The notes under the pieces are model-generated. The model worked only from the letters and a program-made list of their open reading frames with translations, did no database searches and was not told the DNA's origin. A stretch of DNA of 64,000 nt from a virus: the IMG/VR virus record IMGVR_UViG_3300003690_000002, positions 64,001 through 128,000 of that record; one strand, 5' to 3'. Shown one piece after another: positions 20,185-30,637 of this stretch. Position 1 is the stretch's first letter. Every line of letters begins with the position of its first letter. The position numbers and the translations under genes were made by a program.

Positions 20185-21084
20185 TCATATCTGATTGTCT
20201 GATTCTTTTACTGAGGGAGCAAAAGGTGGAAGATTTGGTAATTTTGGCTCATATAACCCCTTGTTCCTTAAATCAAAATCATATAGTGGATTGTCAAAAT
20301 GTGTATAGGCAAATAAGCCAAGTGATTCTAAATCGCCCCAACGATGCTTATAAAGACCACCATATTCGTTTATTTTGCTCATCCACTCTGCCCAGCCATG
20401 CTCTAGGAATGTTTTTACATTATAAATATTAAAATTACCACAAGACCAGCGTAAACTGTGCATCTTCATTTCATCATTGTCCTGAATGGCGGCGTTTAGT
20501 TGCTCATCTTTCGGTTTATAGCTATTTTCTGCTAGGTATTCTTTAAAAAATGACCAAAGATTCTCCCTAGTTTCAAGATGATTTTGTCCAACGTGAGACC
20601 ATGTAAATCCAGTGGCAAGTGGGTATTCTTTCATAACGTCAAAAAAATCATAATTAATTTTTGTTTTAAACCAAGAATCATCATCAATTCTCATTATATA
20701 CTCATATTCTTCCAGTTCTTTACCCACACAACCTTTTTCTCCAAATTTATGAAAATTAGATGAAAAATGTTCCATATGTAAGTATCCCAATCGAGAGGAG
20801 GGAAATGAAGAACGGACATAATTTAGGTAACTTCTATTATAAAAAAGCTCACTCTCGGGAATATGAGAAGGAACACCATAATCTATTTGCCTAAAGTTTA
20901 TATCAACACTAACATTCTCTTTGACGTCATCAATATACTCTTGGCTATAAATATCATCAAAATAATAAATATAAACAGGATATTGAAACTCATTATTCCA
21001 ATTTTCATAAAATAACTCTAGTGCTGTTTTTAGCGAATCTGTTCTAGAAGATAATATATATACACAAGCGTTATGCTTTCCCAT
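20185..21084 (-). CDS. GT15 Kre2/Mnt1-like alpha-mannosyltransferase
   Basis: GYLHMEHF, YEYIMRIDDDS, GNFNI, YKHRWGDL resemble Kre2/Mnt1 family motifs. Confidence 0.65.
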   Translation of the reverse strand: MGKHNACVYILSSRTDSLKTALELFYENWNNEFQYPVYIYYFDDIYSQEYIDDVKENVSVDINFRQIDYGVPSHIPESELFYNRSYLNYVRSSFPSSRLGYLHMEHFSSNFHKFGEKGCVGKELEEYEYIMRIDDDSWFKTKINYDFFDVMKEYPLATGFTWSHVGQNHLETRENLWSFFKEYLAENSYKPKDEQLNAAIQDNDEMKMHSLRWSCGNFNIYNVKTFLEHGWAEWMSKINEYGGLYKHRWGDLESLGLFAYTHFDNPLYDFDLRNKGLYEPKLPNLPPFAPSVKESDNQI

Positions 21085-22000
21085 GATAACCCTCCAAGGC
21101 TTTATTTAAAATGTTTGTAATTTTTTGTCCCCTGTGCGCCCAGGTATGATTGCCCAATACGTGTTCATGTGCGCGTTTAATAATTTTTTCTCTTTCTATA
21201 TCATGTGATAAATAATATGTAATTTTTTCTTCAAACTCTTCTAGCGAATCAAACATCACGCAATGAGTATCCTCTTCGAATAAATCATTATATTCTTCCT
21301 TCATCCTATTGCAAATTAATAACGTTGTTCCAGATGCCATTACTTCATAATAGCGAGGACCAATAATATTGGCGGGTCCAGAAGTACTTAGCCATATTTT
21401 CGTTGAATTAATCCTTTTTGCATATGAAGTTAAATTATCATGTTGGTGTGATGTAAAAAAAGTTCTTATGTTTTTCCAACTTTTTATACTTTCTCGTATT
21501 TTTTCTCGCCAATTACTAATTTGCTCCGGTCGCACAACACCAGAAAAACCAAAATCATATTCATTTTTTTGTCCATAGTCTTTAAAAATTGTCTCATTCA
21601 CTGCAAAGGGTATTTTATGAAAAGGAATAAAGGTATATTCTTCATATATTTCGCAATTGTGATGAACAGAAAATGCTGCAACAGGGTTTAAGTTTTTAAT
21701 CCAATCTAACTTTTTAACTAACCCTGTATATTCTTTATTTAAAATAATTGCTATAGGAATATTGCACTCTTTTATGCCTTTTATTTCTTTAGGGTAATTA
21801 TCGCCACAGTCTGTCCAGCCAAAACCAAAACAAATTAAATCTGGCTTTTCTGGGCAATTTGACAAAATATCGCTAATAGTGGAACTGTTAGCCCAGTTTG
21901 CAAATTGATATATTTTATTATATTTCATAAGGGCGCGCATCATCTCATTATAATATGAAAAAGAATTACCGTGGTGCTTTTCAATATATAAAATTTTCAC
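21071..22000 (-). CDS. CgeB/YkvP-like (Glyco_trans_1_2) glycosyltransferase
   Basis: DFGFSG, RYYEVMASGTLLI, HTWAHR. Confidence 0.8.
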   Translation of the reverse strand: MKILYIEKHHGNSFSYYNEMMRALMKYNKIYQFANWANSSTISDILSNCPEKPDLICFGFGWTDCGDNYPKEIKGIKECNIPIAIILNKEYTGLVKKLDWIKNLNPVAAFSVHHNCEIYEEYTFIPFHKIPFAVNETIFKDYGQKNEYDFGFSGVVRPEQISNWREKIRESIKSWKNIRTFFTSHQHDNLTSYAKRINSTKIWLSTSGPANIIGPRYYEVMASGTTLLICNRMKEEYNDLFEEDTHCVMFDSLEEFEEKITYYLSHDIEREKIIKRAHEHVLGNHTWAHRGQKITNILNKALEGYHGKA

Positions 22001-22665
22001 GCAAACCTTCCCTGCATAATTAACTGATGGGTGGGATTATTACTTGCTGTTTTTCCGGGAGAATAGACCATGTATTGACTAGCGGCTTTTGTAATTTTAT
22101 TCAAATCATAAAAGCATCCAAATCTCTTATCGTAATCATCAAATACCCATATGGGTATTCTACTAGTTGTTTGTAGTTTTTTTAAATTTAAAACATCATT
22201 AATTACAGCGCCTTCTTCATGGGACCCATCTATATAAAAAAGGTCAACTTCTACTCCCAAATCTTCAAGGTGGTCCGCTAAAGCTTTGCTGTCTCCTTGT
22301 ATAAAGGTGGCTTCCTCTTGATATTCTTTTGCATATTTTTTATGATGCACATCTCTTAAATCACAACTCCAAACTTTAGCATCATTTTCTCTGCAATATT
22401 CAGCAAAACTATAAAATTGCCAGCCTTCTGCCGTACCCACCTCAACAATGTTTTTAGCTCCGAACTTCTTCGCAATCAAAGTTAAATAATATGCCCTTTT
22501 AGATATTTTATCAAAAATTGCATCTCTTTCTTGTAGGTTCAAATGGTGAAAAGTAGCTTTATTTATTTGAATAGGTAAATTTATATCATCCCATAATTTT
22601 TGATATCGAGATGGTAAAGTGATATCGTCAAATCTATCATATAATATTTCAATTAAATCAGGCAT
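21997..22665 (-). CDS. class I SAM methyltransferase (Methyltransf_24-like)
   Basis: IVEVGTAEG, LFYIDGSH, VFDDY. Confidence 0.85.
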   Translation of the reverse strand: MPDLIEILYDRFDDITLPSRYQKLWDDINLPIQINKATFHHLNLQERDAIFDKISKRAYYLTLIAKKFGAKNIVEVGTAEGWQFYSFAEYCRENDAKVWSCDLRDVHHKKYAKEYQEEATFIQGDSKALADHLEDLGVEVDLFYIDGSHEEGAVINDVLNLKKLQTTSRIPIWVFDDYDKRFGCFYDLNKITKAASQYMVYSPGKTASNNPTHQLIMQGRFA

Positions 22666-23371
22666 TATAACTCCAAGTGTGTTTCTTAATTACAACAGAC
22701 ATTTTTTTTGCTTGTCTGTCTTTATCTTCTCTAGTTAATCCATTATCTCCTTCAAATTCTTTATGGTGAAAAATCATAGCTCTGGGATTAAATTGATATC
22801 CGTATCCTAAATAAGACAATCTCGTAAAAAATTCTTGTCCGCAGCCGCCATACCCCTCAAATCTTTCAGAAAACATACCACAACCAATCCAATCTTTCCG
22901 TAACATGCAACAATTATTCTCGACCAATATTTCACCAATTTGTTTTGGAGAACAGTCGCCATACTTAGTCAACAAATGAGACATTTTAAAATGCATGGGA
23001 TCTTGTGAATCGTGAGAATTTCTGTATCCTCCAGTTAATATTCTATTTTTAACGGACTTTTTATGTTCTTCTACAAACTGAGGGGTTGGAAAACTATCAT
23101 CATCTAAAATAACAACAGCTTTTCCAGATGTTTCTAATATTCCCATGTTTCTTGCTTTCGCAAGACAATACTTATCTGTCTCTTTTGTGTCTATCCACTT
23201 AATGGAGAAATCAGACTTATAACTTTCCAACATTTTAATAGTATTATCTGTTGAGCCATCTATAGCAACAATTACTTCAAAATTTTTGGCTGCTTGCTCT
23301 TTAAATTTATCTAAATTCTGTCTAAGTACGTCGGAGCGATTATATGTAACAATAACTACAGATAATAACAT
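22658..23371 (-). CDS. GT2 glycosyltransferase
   Basis: SVVIVTYNR, IDGSTD, ARNMG, ILDDD. Start moved to 23371. Confidence 0.9.
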   Translation of the reverse strand: MLLSVVIVTYNRSDVLRQNLDKFKEQAAKNFEVIVAIDGSTDNTIKMLESYKSDFSIKWIDTKETDKYCLAKARNMGILETSGKAVVILDDDSFPTPQFVEEHKKSVKNRILTGGYRNSHDSQDPMHFKMSHLLTKYGDCSPKQIGEILVENNCCMLRKDWIGCGMFSERFEGYGGCGQEFFTRLSYLGYGYQFNPRAMIFHHKEFEGDNGLTREDKDRQAKKMSVVIKKHTWSYNA

Positions 23372-23372
23372 C

Positions 23373-24065
23373 TTACCACCTTTGTAATTCATAATTGTGT
23401 GGCAACCATTGAAACCAATAGTTGTTTCGTATATCTACATTCGGATATTTAAGAAGATACGATTTTGTAGACAACTTCCACTTGCAATAATAAAAACTCA
23501 ATTGGTCGCGGCGACTAAAGTTTCTAATTTCATCCCACCACATATTTGATAAATTTATTATATCATCAGAATTATGCTTTCTTAATAAAATTGAATTGGC
23601 ACAAAGTCCATTATTTTTTGGATACTCTTCCTTTTTATATTTCTCCATCTGTTTTCGGACTATTTCAGGATTGTCCTTATTATCTAACACAACCATCTTA
23701 GCTTCATCATATATGCACTGCCGACCCTGGTCATGTTCAAATAGAAGCATATTTGCGTTTTTTAAAAAATCTACTTTTTTAAGAAACGAATTAATATCCT
23801 TTTTAATTAAAAAATTTGCATCAATCCATAGACTAATGTCATATTCTTTCAAAAACTCATGAGGCTTTACTTTAAATATCTTAGCGCCCCTAACAGGATC
23901 TTTATGAGCCGATGCTCTATAAACAACTTGCCATATATCTGATTTTACCTCTTTATTATCTGTAAAGCATATATAATCAAAATCATTATTTATAAAAAGA
24001 GGATTTTTTAATGTATCTTTTTTCCCATATATCGCAGTATAAACAACTTTTTTATTCATATACAC
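23373..24065 (-). CDS. DUF616/TOD1-MUCI70-like glycosyltransferase
   Basis: VYTAIYG, CFTD, KVKPH, LWIDAN, RDQLSF. Confidence 0.75.
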   Translation of the reverse strand: MYMNKKVVYTAIYGKKDTLKNPLFINNDFDYICFTDNKEVKSDIWQVVYRASAHKDPVRGAKIFKVKPHEFLKEYDISLWIDANFLIKKDINSFLKKVDFLKNANMLLFEHDQGRQCIYDEAKMVVLDNKDNPEIVRKQMEKYKKEEYPKNNGLCANSILLRKHNSDDIINLSNMWWDEIRNFSRRDQLSFYYCKWKLSTKSYLLKYPNVDIRNNYWFQWLPHNYELQRW

Positions 24066-24750
24066 CTCTTTTATTTATAAAAAAAGACGTATCTTTGGGT
24101 ATTTTAAAGCCCATCTCGCTTCTTTTCAGTTTGCCAATATTTATTTTTCTTCTTCTAGCTAGTTCAAATATTGTTTTTCTTTCTGTCCCGACATGAACAA
24201 CTCCTTTCATTTCCGACAGGGTATGATTTAAAATTATTGGTGCAATAATATCAACATAATCTCTGCTTGTATATTGATCAACAAATGCTTTTTCATATGG
24301 AAAAATATGCTCACAAAAACTGGTTCTAATGATTAATGAATTATTGTAAGTCTTTGTTGCCAACTCTCCCGCAGCCTTCGTCATAGAATATATATTAATT
24401 GGATTAATAGAATCTGTTGTTTTATATCTACCCTCTGTTCCATCAAATACATAATCAGTCGAAATATATACAAACCTAGTTGAGTGTTCCTGGCACAGAT
24501 CTATAAGATTTACTGTACCGAGAATATTTGTTTGTCTTGCCAAGTCTGGTCTATTATCGCATCTAGGGGGAGATGTGAAGGCAGCAGCATGTAAAACTAT
24601 ATCTGGCGTGTATTTTAAAAGATGCTTTTCACATATTTTCTTATTTGTAATATCCATTTCTTTATGAGACGGGGCTAAGATATTATCATATAAGTGTTGT
24701 ATCTCCTGCCCTAACAAACCACTACCCCCAGTTAATAATATTTTTTTCAT
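24052..24750 (-). CDS. rmlD: dTDP-4-dehydrorhamnose reductase
   Basis: TGGSGLLG, HAAAFT, YISTDYVFDG, YSMTK. Confidence 0.85.
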   Translation of the reverse strand: MKKILLTGGSGLLGQEIQHLYDNILAPSHKEMDITNKKICEKHLLKYTPDIVLHAAAFTSPPRCDNRPDLARQTNILGTVNLIDLCQEHSTRFVYISTDYVFDGTEGRYKTTDSINPINIYSMTKAAGELATKTYNNSLIIRTSFCEHIFPYEKAFVDQYTSRDYVDIIAPIILNHTLSEMKGVVHVGTERKTIFELARRRKINIGKLKRSEMGFKIPKDTSFFINKRGVYE

Positions 24751-25718
24751 TTCATTTCTAATTCTTTAAAGGTTTGAATATTGTAATATTTTTTGTCTAA
24801 AAAATTATAATCTTCTATTGGGTCAATATTGGCTAATATCTTCCGTACCGATTCGCGGGGGGAGGTCTTGGAGACAAAATCAAGTTCAATTTTTGCTTTT
24901 ACATTAGATGCTTTATAGTTTCTAATGTCTTGGCGATTTAATGTCTCTATTTGAATATCATATCCATGACTATTCAATTCTTCTTTTATTTCATCAGCTA
25001 AGCGACCAATTGTATAATTATCATAACATAAATTATATATACCACTATTTTCAAGATTTGCTTCAATTGCTCTTATATAACCCGTTGCAACATCATCAAT
25101 ATCGATTAGCGGTCTCCATAAATTTGGATTATGAACAACTATTTTCCCTTCAGTTAAAGCAGTTTTTGTCATAGCGTTAACAACCAAATCATATCTCATT
25201 CGCGGAGACCAGCCGCCTACAGTTCCCTTTCTTAAAATAATTGGTCTAAAATTCTTACTTGTCAAATTTAAAATAGCCTGTTCTCCAATTAATTTAGAAA
25301 TACCATATGGGTATTGCGGAGCAACTGGGGATTCTTCATCCATTAGTTCGTTTGCTGTATATCCGTAAATACTACACGAACTAGCATAAATAAAGCGAGA
25401 TATTCCCGCTCGTTTGGCTGCATATGCCAAATATGCTGGTACTGCACTATTTTCTACAAAATTCATTGATGGATTAAAATCTGCCATTGGGTCATTGGAA
25501 AGCCCTGCCATAAAAACAACTACATCATATTTTTCTGCATTCAACTCCTGGTGGGAGACATTCATAATATTTTTTTCTTTAATTTTTGCCGCTTTTGGTA
25601 AAAAATTACCAAACCACATAAGGTCAACTACAGTAACATCATATTTTCTTTTTACTAATTTATGAACTAGGTGGGTGCCGACATATCCGGCGCCACCGGC
25701 TACGAGAATCTTTTTCAT
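24747..25718 (-). CDS. NAD-dependent epimerase/dehydratase (SDR)
   Basis: AGGAGYVG, ASSCSIYG, YGISK. Confidence 0.9.
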   Translation of the reverse strand: MKKILVAGGAGYVGTHLVHKLVKRKYDVTVVDLMWFGNFLPKAAKIKEKNIMNVSHQELNAEKYDVVVFMAGLSNDPMADFNPSMNFVENSAVPAYLAYAAKRAGISRFIYASSCSIYGYTANELMDEESPVAPQYPYGISKLIGEQAILNLTSKNFRPIILRKGTVGGWSPRMRYDLVVNAMTKTALTEGKIVVHNPNLWRPLIDIDDVATGYIRAIEANLENSGIYNLCYDNYTIGRLADEIKEELNSHGYDIQIETLNRQDIRNYKASNVKAKIELDFVSKTSPRESVRKILANIDPIEDYNFLDKKYYNIQTFKELEMK

Positions 25719-25738
25719 TTTATTGTTTTATCTTCCTT

Positions 25739-26320
25739 TTAATAGAACTTTGGGTCTCTATCATATTCTAAAAAATTTTGTGCTTCTTGATCCTTCAAGG
25801 ACAAAACAGCATCTTTTTTATCTATACCCCATTTGATATTTAAAAATTTATCAAATGGATTAATACCAGATTCTCCATTTTGATTATAAACACTAGAGCA
25901 TTTATATAAAACAACAGTATCTTCTTCGAGTGCTAGGATTCCATGAGCAAATCCGGGTGGTACCCATAATTGTTTGTGATTTTTATCTGTTAATGTCACT
26001 GACATGTATTCTCCATAAGTTACAGAATCTTTTCTTATGTCGACAATAATATCTTTCACAGATCCCCTTGTTGCCCTTACAAGTTTTCCCATTGGTTCGT
26101 CCCACTGGTAATGTAACCCTCTTATGACATTCTTTTTTGAGATTGATTGATTATCTTGTTGCATATTCTCTGTAAACCCTAGATCGAAAAGATTGGCTAC
26201 ATTATAAGATTCATAAAAATATCCACGATCATCATCAAAAATGCGCGGAATAATAATCAAAACTCCTCTGAATTTAGTTTTTTTAATTTCAAATTTATTC
26301 ATCTGCAGCCCTTTTTTCAA
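25739..26320 (-). CDS. rmlC: dTDP-4-dehydrorhamnose 3,5-epimerase
   Basis: DDRGYFYE, QDNQSIS, IRGLHYQ, LWVPPGFAHG. Confidence 0.95.
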   Translation of the reverse strand: MKKGLQMNKFEIKKTKFRGVLIIIPRIFDDDRGYFYESYNVANLFDLGFTENMQQDNQSISKKNVIRGLHYQWDEPMGKLVRATRGSVKDIIVDIRKDSVTYGEYMSVTLTDKNHKQLWVPPGFAHGILALEEDTVVLYKCSSVYNQNGESGINPFDKFLNIKWGIDKKDAVLSLKDQEAQNFLEYDRDPKFY

Positions 26321-27348
26321 AAAATCAAGCTAGGTATTTTTTCTTTCCATAGCTTTGTGAATAATGCATTGTCGCTTCTGTATTGGTTGTCTATCTTTTT
26401 TTCAGTTTTATTTGAAAAATGGTTAAATGATTCATCATGGAAAAAATGAATATCTTTTCCAAAATACATTACTTTTCTATTCTGTTCCAATGCTCGCAAG
26501 CATAAATCCACATCTTGCAAAATTTTTGACAAAGATGGATTAAGCCCCCCAATGGATATAAACCACTCCAAATCAATTATTTGTAAAGCACCAGTAACAA
26601 AATCAGTTCCAATGTCGCAATTTATTCGTGGATCATTTTTATTCGTAAACCTTCGATAGTGTATTGGCACAAAAGAACCATTTGGTGATGAAATCCATCT
26701 TGAGCCGCCAAACTGAACTGTTCCTTTGGATTTCCCGTCTCTCATTGATGGGAAATGCGTTAAAATATTTATACTATCTTTATCATTATGCAGACTTTCA
26801 TGTGGATATAATAATTTTGACCCTGAGATGACTGCTCCGGCTTCTATGTGTTTTTTTAAGAAAGTATCGAAGTATTCAAGTTTATCTATCCACAAATCAC
26901 TATTCCAAAGTATAATTTTTTTCACGCCTGATTTATAAGCTAATAGTGCAGGAATATTATTCAACATCGAAAAATTAAATCCTTTATCATTATCAATACG
27001 TAAATAGTTTACATCGTATTTGTTGCAAACTTTTTCAATATCTTCGTCCGATCTATCATCAACGACTATTAAATTGATGGTATCAAAAAAATTATTTATT
27101 TTAAAATTTAAAAGTGTATAGTTTAGTAAATTTATATTATCTTTAATCGGCAATATTACAAGCGGTTTTGTGTTGTCAAATTGCTTTTTTTGTTTCCATA
27201 TGCATATATATAAAATATTTTTTTTAGAATATTTAGAATCAGCAACATGAACTAATTCATCTTGGTGGGTTTCAAATTCTTTTTCTATAATAAAATTTTC
27301 GTCTTCAAATAAATTACAACTAAAAAATTTAACATTTTTATTTTTCAT
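26317..27348 (-). CDS. GT2-like glycosyltransferase
   Basis: VVDDRS, FNFSMLNN, WNSD, VTGALQ, QDVDLCL. Confidence 0.75.
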   Translation of the reverse strand: MKNKNVKFFSCNLFEDENFIIEKEFETHQDELVHVADSKYSKKNILYICIWKQKKQFDNTKPLVILPIKDNINLLNYTLLNFKINNFFDTINLIVVDDRSDEDIEKVCNKYDVNYLRIDNDKGFNFSMLNNIPALLAYKSGVKKIILWNSDLWIDKLEYFDTFLKKHIEAGAVISGSKLLYPHESLHNDKDSINILTHFPSMRDGKSKGTVQFGGSRWISSPNGSFVPIHYRRFTNKNDPRINCDIGTDFVTGALQIIDLEWFISIGGLNPSLSKILQDVDLCLRALEQNRKVMYFGKDIHFFHDESFNHFSNKTEKKIDNQYRSDNALFTKLWKEKIPSLIF

Positions 27349-28574
27349 ATAATGACAATATCATCATTTTCATCGGATATAAATAATTGTGCAAATTTCT
27401 CATATTGTTTTTTTTCAGTAAAGTTTTCAAGAAGCCATTGTTGTAGTTCTTTTGCTTGTTTTACAAATCTTCCATAATCTTTTCGAACTTCGCGAAGTTT
27501 CATCTTATAACTACCTTGTTTCGCATAACACCATTGTGAATCTTGTTGCAAAACTCCTTCCCAAACAGCCTCTTTTGGTATGGGTGCCAAATCATAATCA
27601 ATTTTTGCAAAAAACGCTTTAGTTTTCATTCTACCATTTTTTTCAACTGCTTTATAAAGAAAGTCACAATAGCCACTCCAGTCAACAGCTAAAATCGGTA
27701 ATGCATTATATGCAGCTTCGAATAGTGGTAAACCAAAACCCTCACCATGAGTTATCGAAATCAAAGCTTTAATTTTTGGATGCAAATAAAGAGCCGTCAT
27801 TTCCTCATCTGTCATATCTCCATGTAATAAATAAACTTTACATTTTCTTTGCGGATATTCTTTTAATAAAGATTCAACTGTTTGTTCGGTATGATATTTA
27901 TCGATATTTGAGTTATTTTTAATATTAAGTTTAAGTACTAATCCTATTTGTTTATCGATAAATTCTTCAACAAACCATTTAACTGTATTTACAATATTTT
28001 TTCTTGGACCCCATTGTGCAACTGTTAAAAAATTAAAATTTGTTTTAAAATCTAAAGATATATCTGCTGATTTATGATTTCTAACTGGATAGTGTACAAC
28101 ATGAATCGGGGTCTTGCATTTTAAATGTACTTCTTGCTCTGTTTGTGGATGTTTAGCAGAATAAACTGTATTCTCATAAACAGATTTTGAATGATTTGAA
28201 ATTGTTATAATTTGATCCATAAGAGAGGCTTTTTCTATCCACACTGGGGCTACTTTTGTTGTCTCAATCCCTGCTGTCACACCAATATTTATGGAAGCTA
28301 ATTTTTCCCATTCATTTGGGATCGTAACTTGAAACGATATATCATATTGACCATTCTTCTGTTGGTGTTCGATAGTTTTGGCTAGTATACTATCCATCCA
28401 CCTTCTTTCTTCATTATCTTCATATAACCAGCCGGTTTGTCCCCATCCTGTGGTTATTAAATGTATGTCAAAGTGTTCTTCATACGCCCTTAAAGCTCTT
28501 AAAACAAACCTTGTATGTTCACCATACCCACTTCTACTTAAAGCGGGACCTCTTACTAAAGCTTTTTTTCTCAT
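27345..28574 (-). CDS. GT4-like (GT-B) glycosyltransferase
   Basis: SGYGEH, RKN, GEGFGLPLFEA (Ex7E). Confidence 0.85.
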   Translation of the reverse strand: MRKKALVRGPALSRSGYGEHTRFVLRALRAYEEHFDIHLITTGWGQTGWLYEDNEERRWMDSILAKTIEHQQKNGQYDISFQVTIPNEWEKLASINIGVTAGIETTKVAPVWIEKASLMDQIITISNHSKSVYENTVYSAKHPQTEQEVHLKCKTPIHVVHYPVRNHKSADISLDFKTNFNFLTVAQWGPRKNIVNTVKWFVEEFIDKQIGLVLKLNIKNNSNIDKYHTEQTVESLLKEYPQRKCKVYLLHGDMTDEEMTALYLHPKIKALISITHGEGFGLPLFEAAYNALPILAVDWSGYCDFLYKAVEKNGRMKTKAFFAKIDYDLAPIPKEAVWEGVLQQDSQWCYAKQGSYKMKLREVRKDYGRFVKQAKELQQWLLENFTEKKQYEKFAQLFISDENDDIVII

Positions 28575-29836
28575 ATTATCTCTTTAAAAGTCCATAATTT
28601 ATAATTTTCTCTTGTTGACCATGATCCATATTCATTATATACAAAAGTAAAAACTTCATCCCATTTTTTAATAAAATTTTCAAAATTATAATTTTTTGTA
28701 ACATGTTTACGACCCAGTGTGCCAATTTTATTTCTCTCTTCTTTTGACATGTTATAAATTTTAAGTAAAGCATCAACCACATCTTTACCATTTAATCTAT
28801 CTTCGTAAATCCATGGAATATCCTGGGAGCCAATTATTGCTTTTGAAGCTGGCTCAATGCCGACACCAAACCAATTTTCACCATCAGTTACTTGTTCTTG
28901 CAATCCTCCAGTCATATTAACAATAACTGGTGTTCCGCATGATAATGATTCTAAAGTTGATAGCCCAAAACCCTCTGCATCAGATACATTTATAGTACAA
29001 TCTGCCATATTATAAAGCATTGATAAGTGCTCAATTGATAATTTCTGTTTTGAAAATAAAACTTGACCTTGTTTTAATTGTAAGTACTCTAATATTTCTT
29101 CTAGATCTTGCCCATTTGGATCTTTAGGGTCAGTGTGCATTATTAAACAAGCATTGTCGTGTCCAACAATATCTAAAAACTCTTTAAACCAAAAAATTAA
29201 ACTGCCGCTTTGTTTTCTTCGTGCGTTTCTATTATTCCAAAAGAAAACTAATTTATCTGGATTTGAATCATCTGAAAAATGTTCTTTTTTAAATCCTAAA
29301 ATATCTTCTTCTGGTATTGTTCGAAAAATATTTGTATCAACCGCGTGTGGAAGATACATGCTTTTAACTTTTGGTGCGACATTCTTAACAATCTTGTCCG
29401 TAAGTTTAGATATACTAACGATTAAATCATTTGACTCATAAAACTTCTTATTAAAAACTGGATATGGGTAATTATCCCACACGTGGTAATACACCATTGG
29501 GATTAAAGGTCTAATCTCGTTTTCTATCATCCACAACCACCCCCAAAATCGTGGATCTGTCATAAGCCAAAGAATATCTGGTCTTTCATTACGTATTACA
29601 GAACGAACAACATCTTGTGTGCCATATCCATCGACTGGATGGATTATCCAATCATCTTTAAATTCTTCGACTCGAACAGGTTGGTGGTTTTCATGTTTAA
29701 TTGCTCCACCAAGGCTTATAAATTTATATTTTCCTGTGCGAAGCATTCCCTCGATCATATATTTAGATTGTGTTCCAATCCCGGAGGGGGAAAGTGGGTG
29801 GTCCCCCAATGTTAAAATTTTAATTTTTTTGGTCAT
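28571..29836 (-). CDS. GT4 (GT-B) glycosyltransferase
   Basis: SGIGTQ, RNARRK, AEGFGLSTLESLSCGTPVI. Confidence 0.9.
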   Translation of the reverse strand: MTKKIKILTLGDHPLSPSGIGTQSKYMIEGMLRTGKYKFISLGGAIKHENHQPVRVEEFKDDWIIHPVDGYGTQDVVRSVIRNERPDILWLMTDPRFWGWLWMIENEIRPLIPMVYYHVWDNYPYPVFNKKFYESNDLIVSISKLTDKIVKNVAPKVKSMYLPHAVDTNIFRTIPEEDILGFKKEHFSDDSNPDKLVFFWNNRNARRKQSGSLIFWFKEFLDIVGHDNACLIMHTDPKDPNGQDLEEILEYLQLKQGQVLFSKQKLSIEHLSMLYNMADCTINVSDAEGFGLSTLESLSCGTPVIVNMTGGLQEQVTDGENWFGVGIEPASKAIIGSQDIPWIYEDRLNGKDVVDALLKIYNMSKEERNKIGTLGRKHVTKNYNFENFIKKWDEVFTFVYNEYGSWSTRENYKLWTFKEII

Positions 29837-29849
29837 CTATTCCTCTTAA

Positions 29850-30626
29850 TCAAGGGCAGTGTTTTGTTTTATAAAATTCACATGTGCCATATGGCTTATG
29901 GCATGATAGTTTATTTTTAAGGTATCTTTTTTTATTAATATTATACACGGCTTTAGAAAGAAATTTTAAGGCATTATCTGTTTTTTTCTTTCCACTTGTG
30001 ACTCTAAATATTTCAACATTATTTTTGGTGGCAGTTCTTTTTAACAAAGCAAAATGTGTTTCTATTAAATCTGGGTCGATATCATGCTTTAATGCGAAAA
30101 AATGCTTATATAAAGTAAGTTGATAGGTTGTCAACTTATCGCTTTTTCTACGAGCATCCCAACCCCAAGAACAAGTTTTCCAATCAATAATATGATACCC
30201 ACCATCCACAGTTTTGATGACTAGATCAATAAAGCCTTTAAAGTTATATTCTGTAACGTCCGCCATCGGCTCAAATAGTTTTTCTTCTATCGAAACTATC
30301 TCATATTCTCCAAAATAATCTTTTACTGCTGGTATTATAAATCCAATCAAGAAACACCCTTGTACCCGCATGTCGCTTACAAGTTTTTTATTTAGTTTAT
30401 AATCTTCTGGTAGCTGTTTTAATTCTTTTAAAAATTGTTGTTGAAAATAGGAGGGTGCATTTTGAATATTCTGCTCCACAAGCCCTTCACATGTAATATG
30501 AATGGCTTTGCCAAAAGCAGTATATTCATTGCCTTTAAACTTTTTTATATTATCTAAATAAACTAATTTATGTTTCCAAGGACAATCGTTCCATATTTTT
30601 AATTCCGAGAATGATATGTGGGGCAT
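29850..30626 (-). CDS. PD-(D/E)xK nuclease, Cas4/AddB-like, with probable Fe-S staple
   Basis: ISFSEL..W..CP, GFIDLV, IIDWKT, and three C-terminal Cys (CHKPYGTCEFYKTKHC). Confidence 0.85.
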   Translation of the reverse strand: MPHISFSELKIWNDCPWKHKLVYLDNIKKFKGNEYTAFGKAIHITCEGLVEQNIQNAPSYFQQQFLKELKQLPEDYKLNKKLVSDMRVQGCFLIGFIIPAVKDYFGEYEIVSIEEKLFEPMADVTEYNFKGFIDLVIKTVDGGYHIIDWKTCSWGWDARRKSDKLTTYQLTLYKHFFALKHDIDPDLIETHFALLKRTATKNNVEIFRVTSGKKKTDNALKFLSKAVYNINKKRYLKNKLSCHKPYGTCEFYKTKHCP

Positions 30627-30637
30627 CTATTACCTTC

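Noticed and set aside
9496-29836. Bacterial O-antigen/capsule island, meaning the contig is a cellular chromosome
   Set aside because: No wzx, wzy, wzz or ABC exporter is present, and the flanks are phage-type (spike, gp55-like sigma, PhoH, dense orphan genes) with no bacterial core operons.
29850-30626. Cas4-like nuclease as part of a CRISPR-Cas locus
   Set aside because: There is no cas1, cas2 or array in the window, and standalone Cas4/AddB-like nucleases are common in phages.
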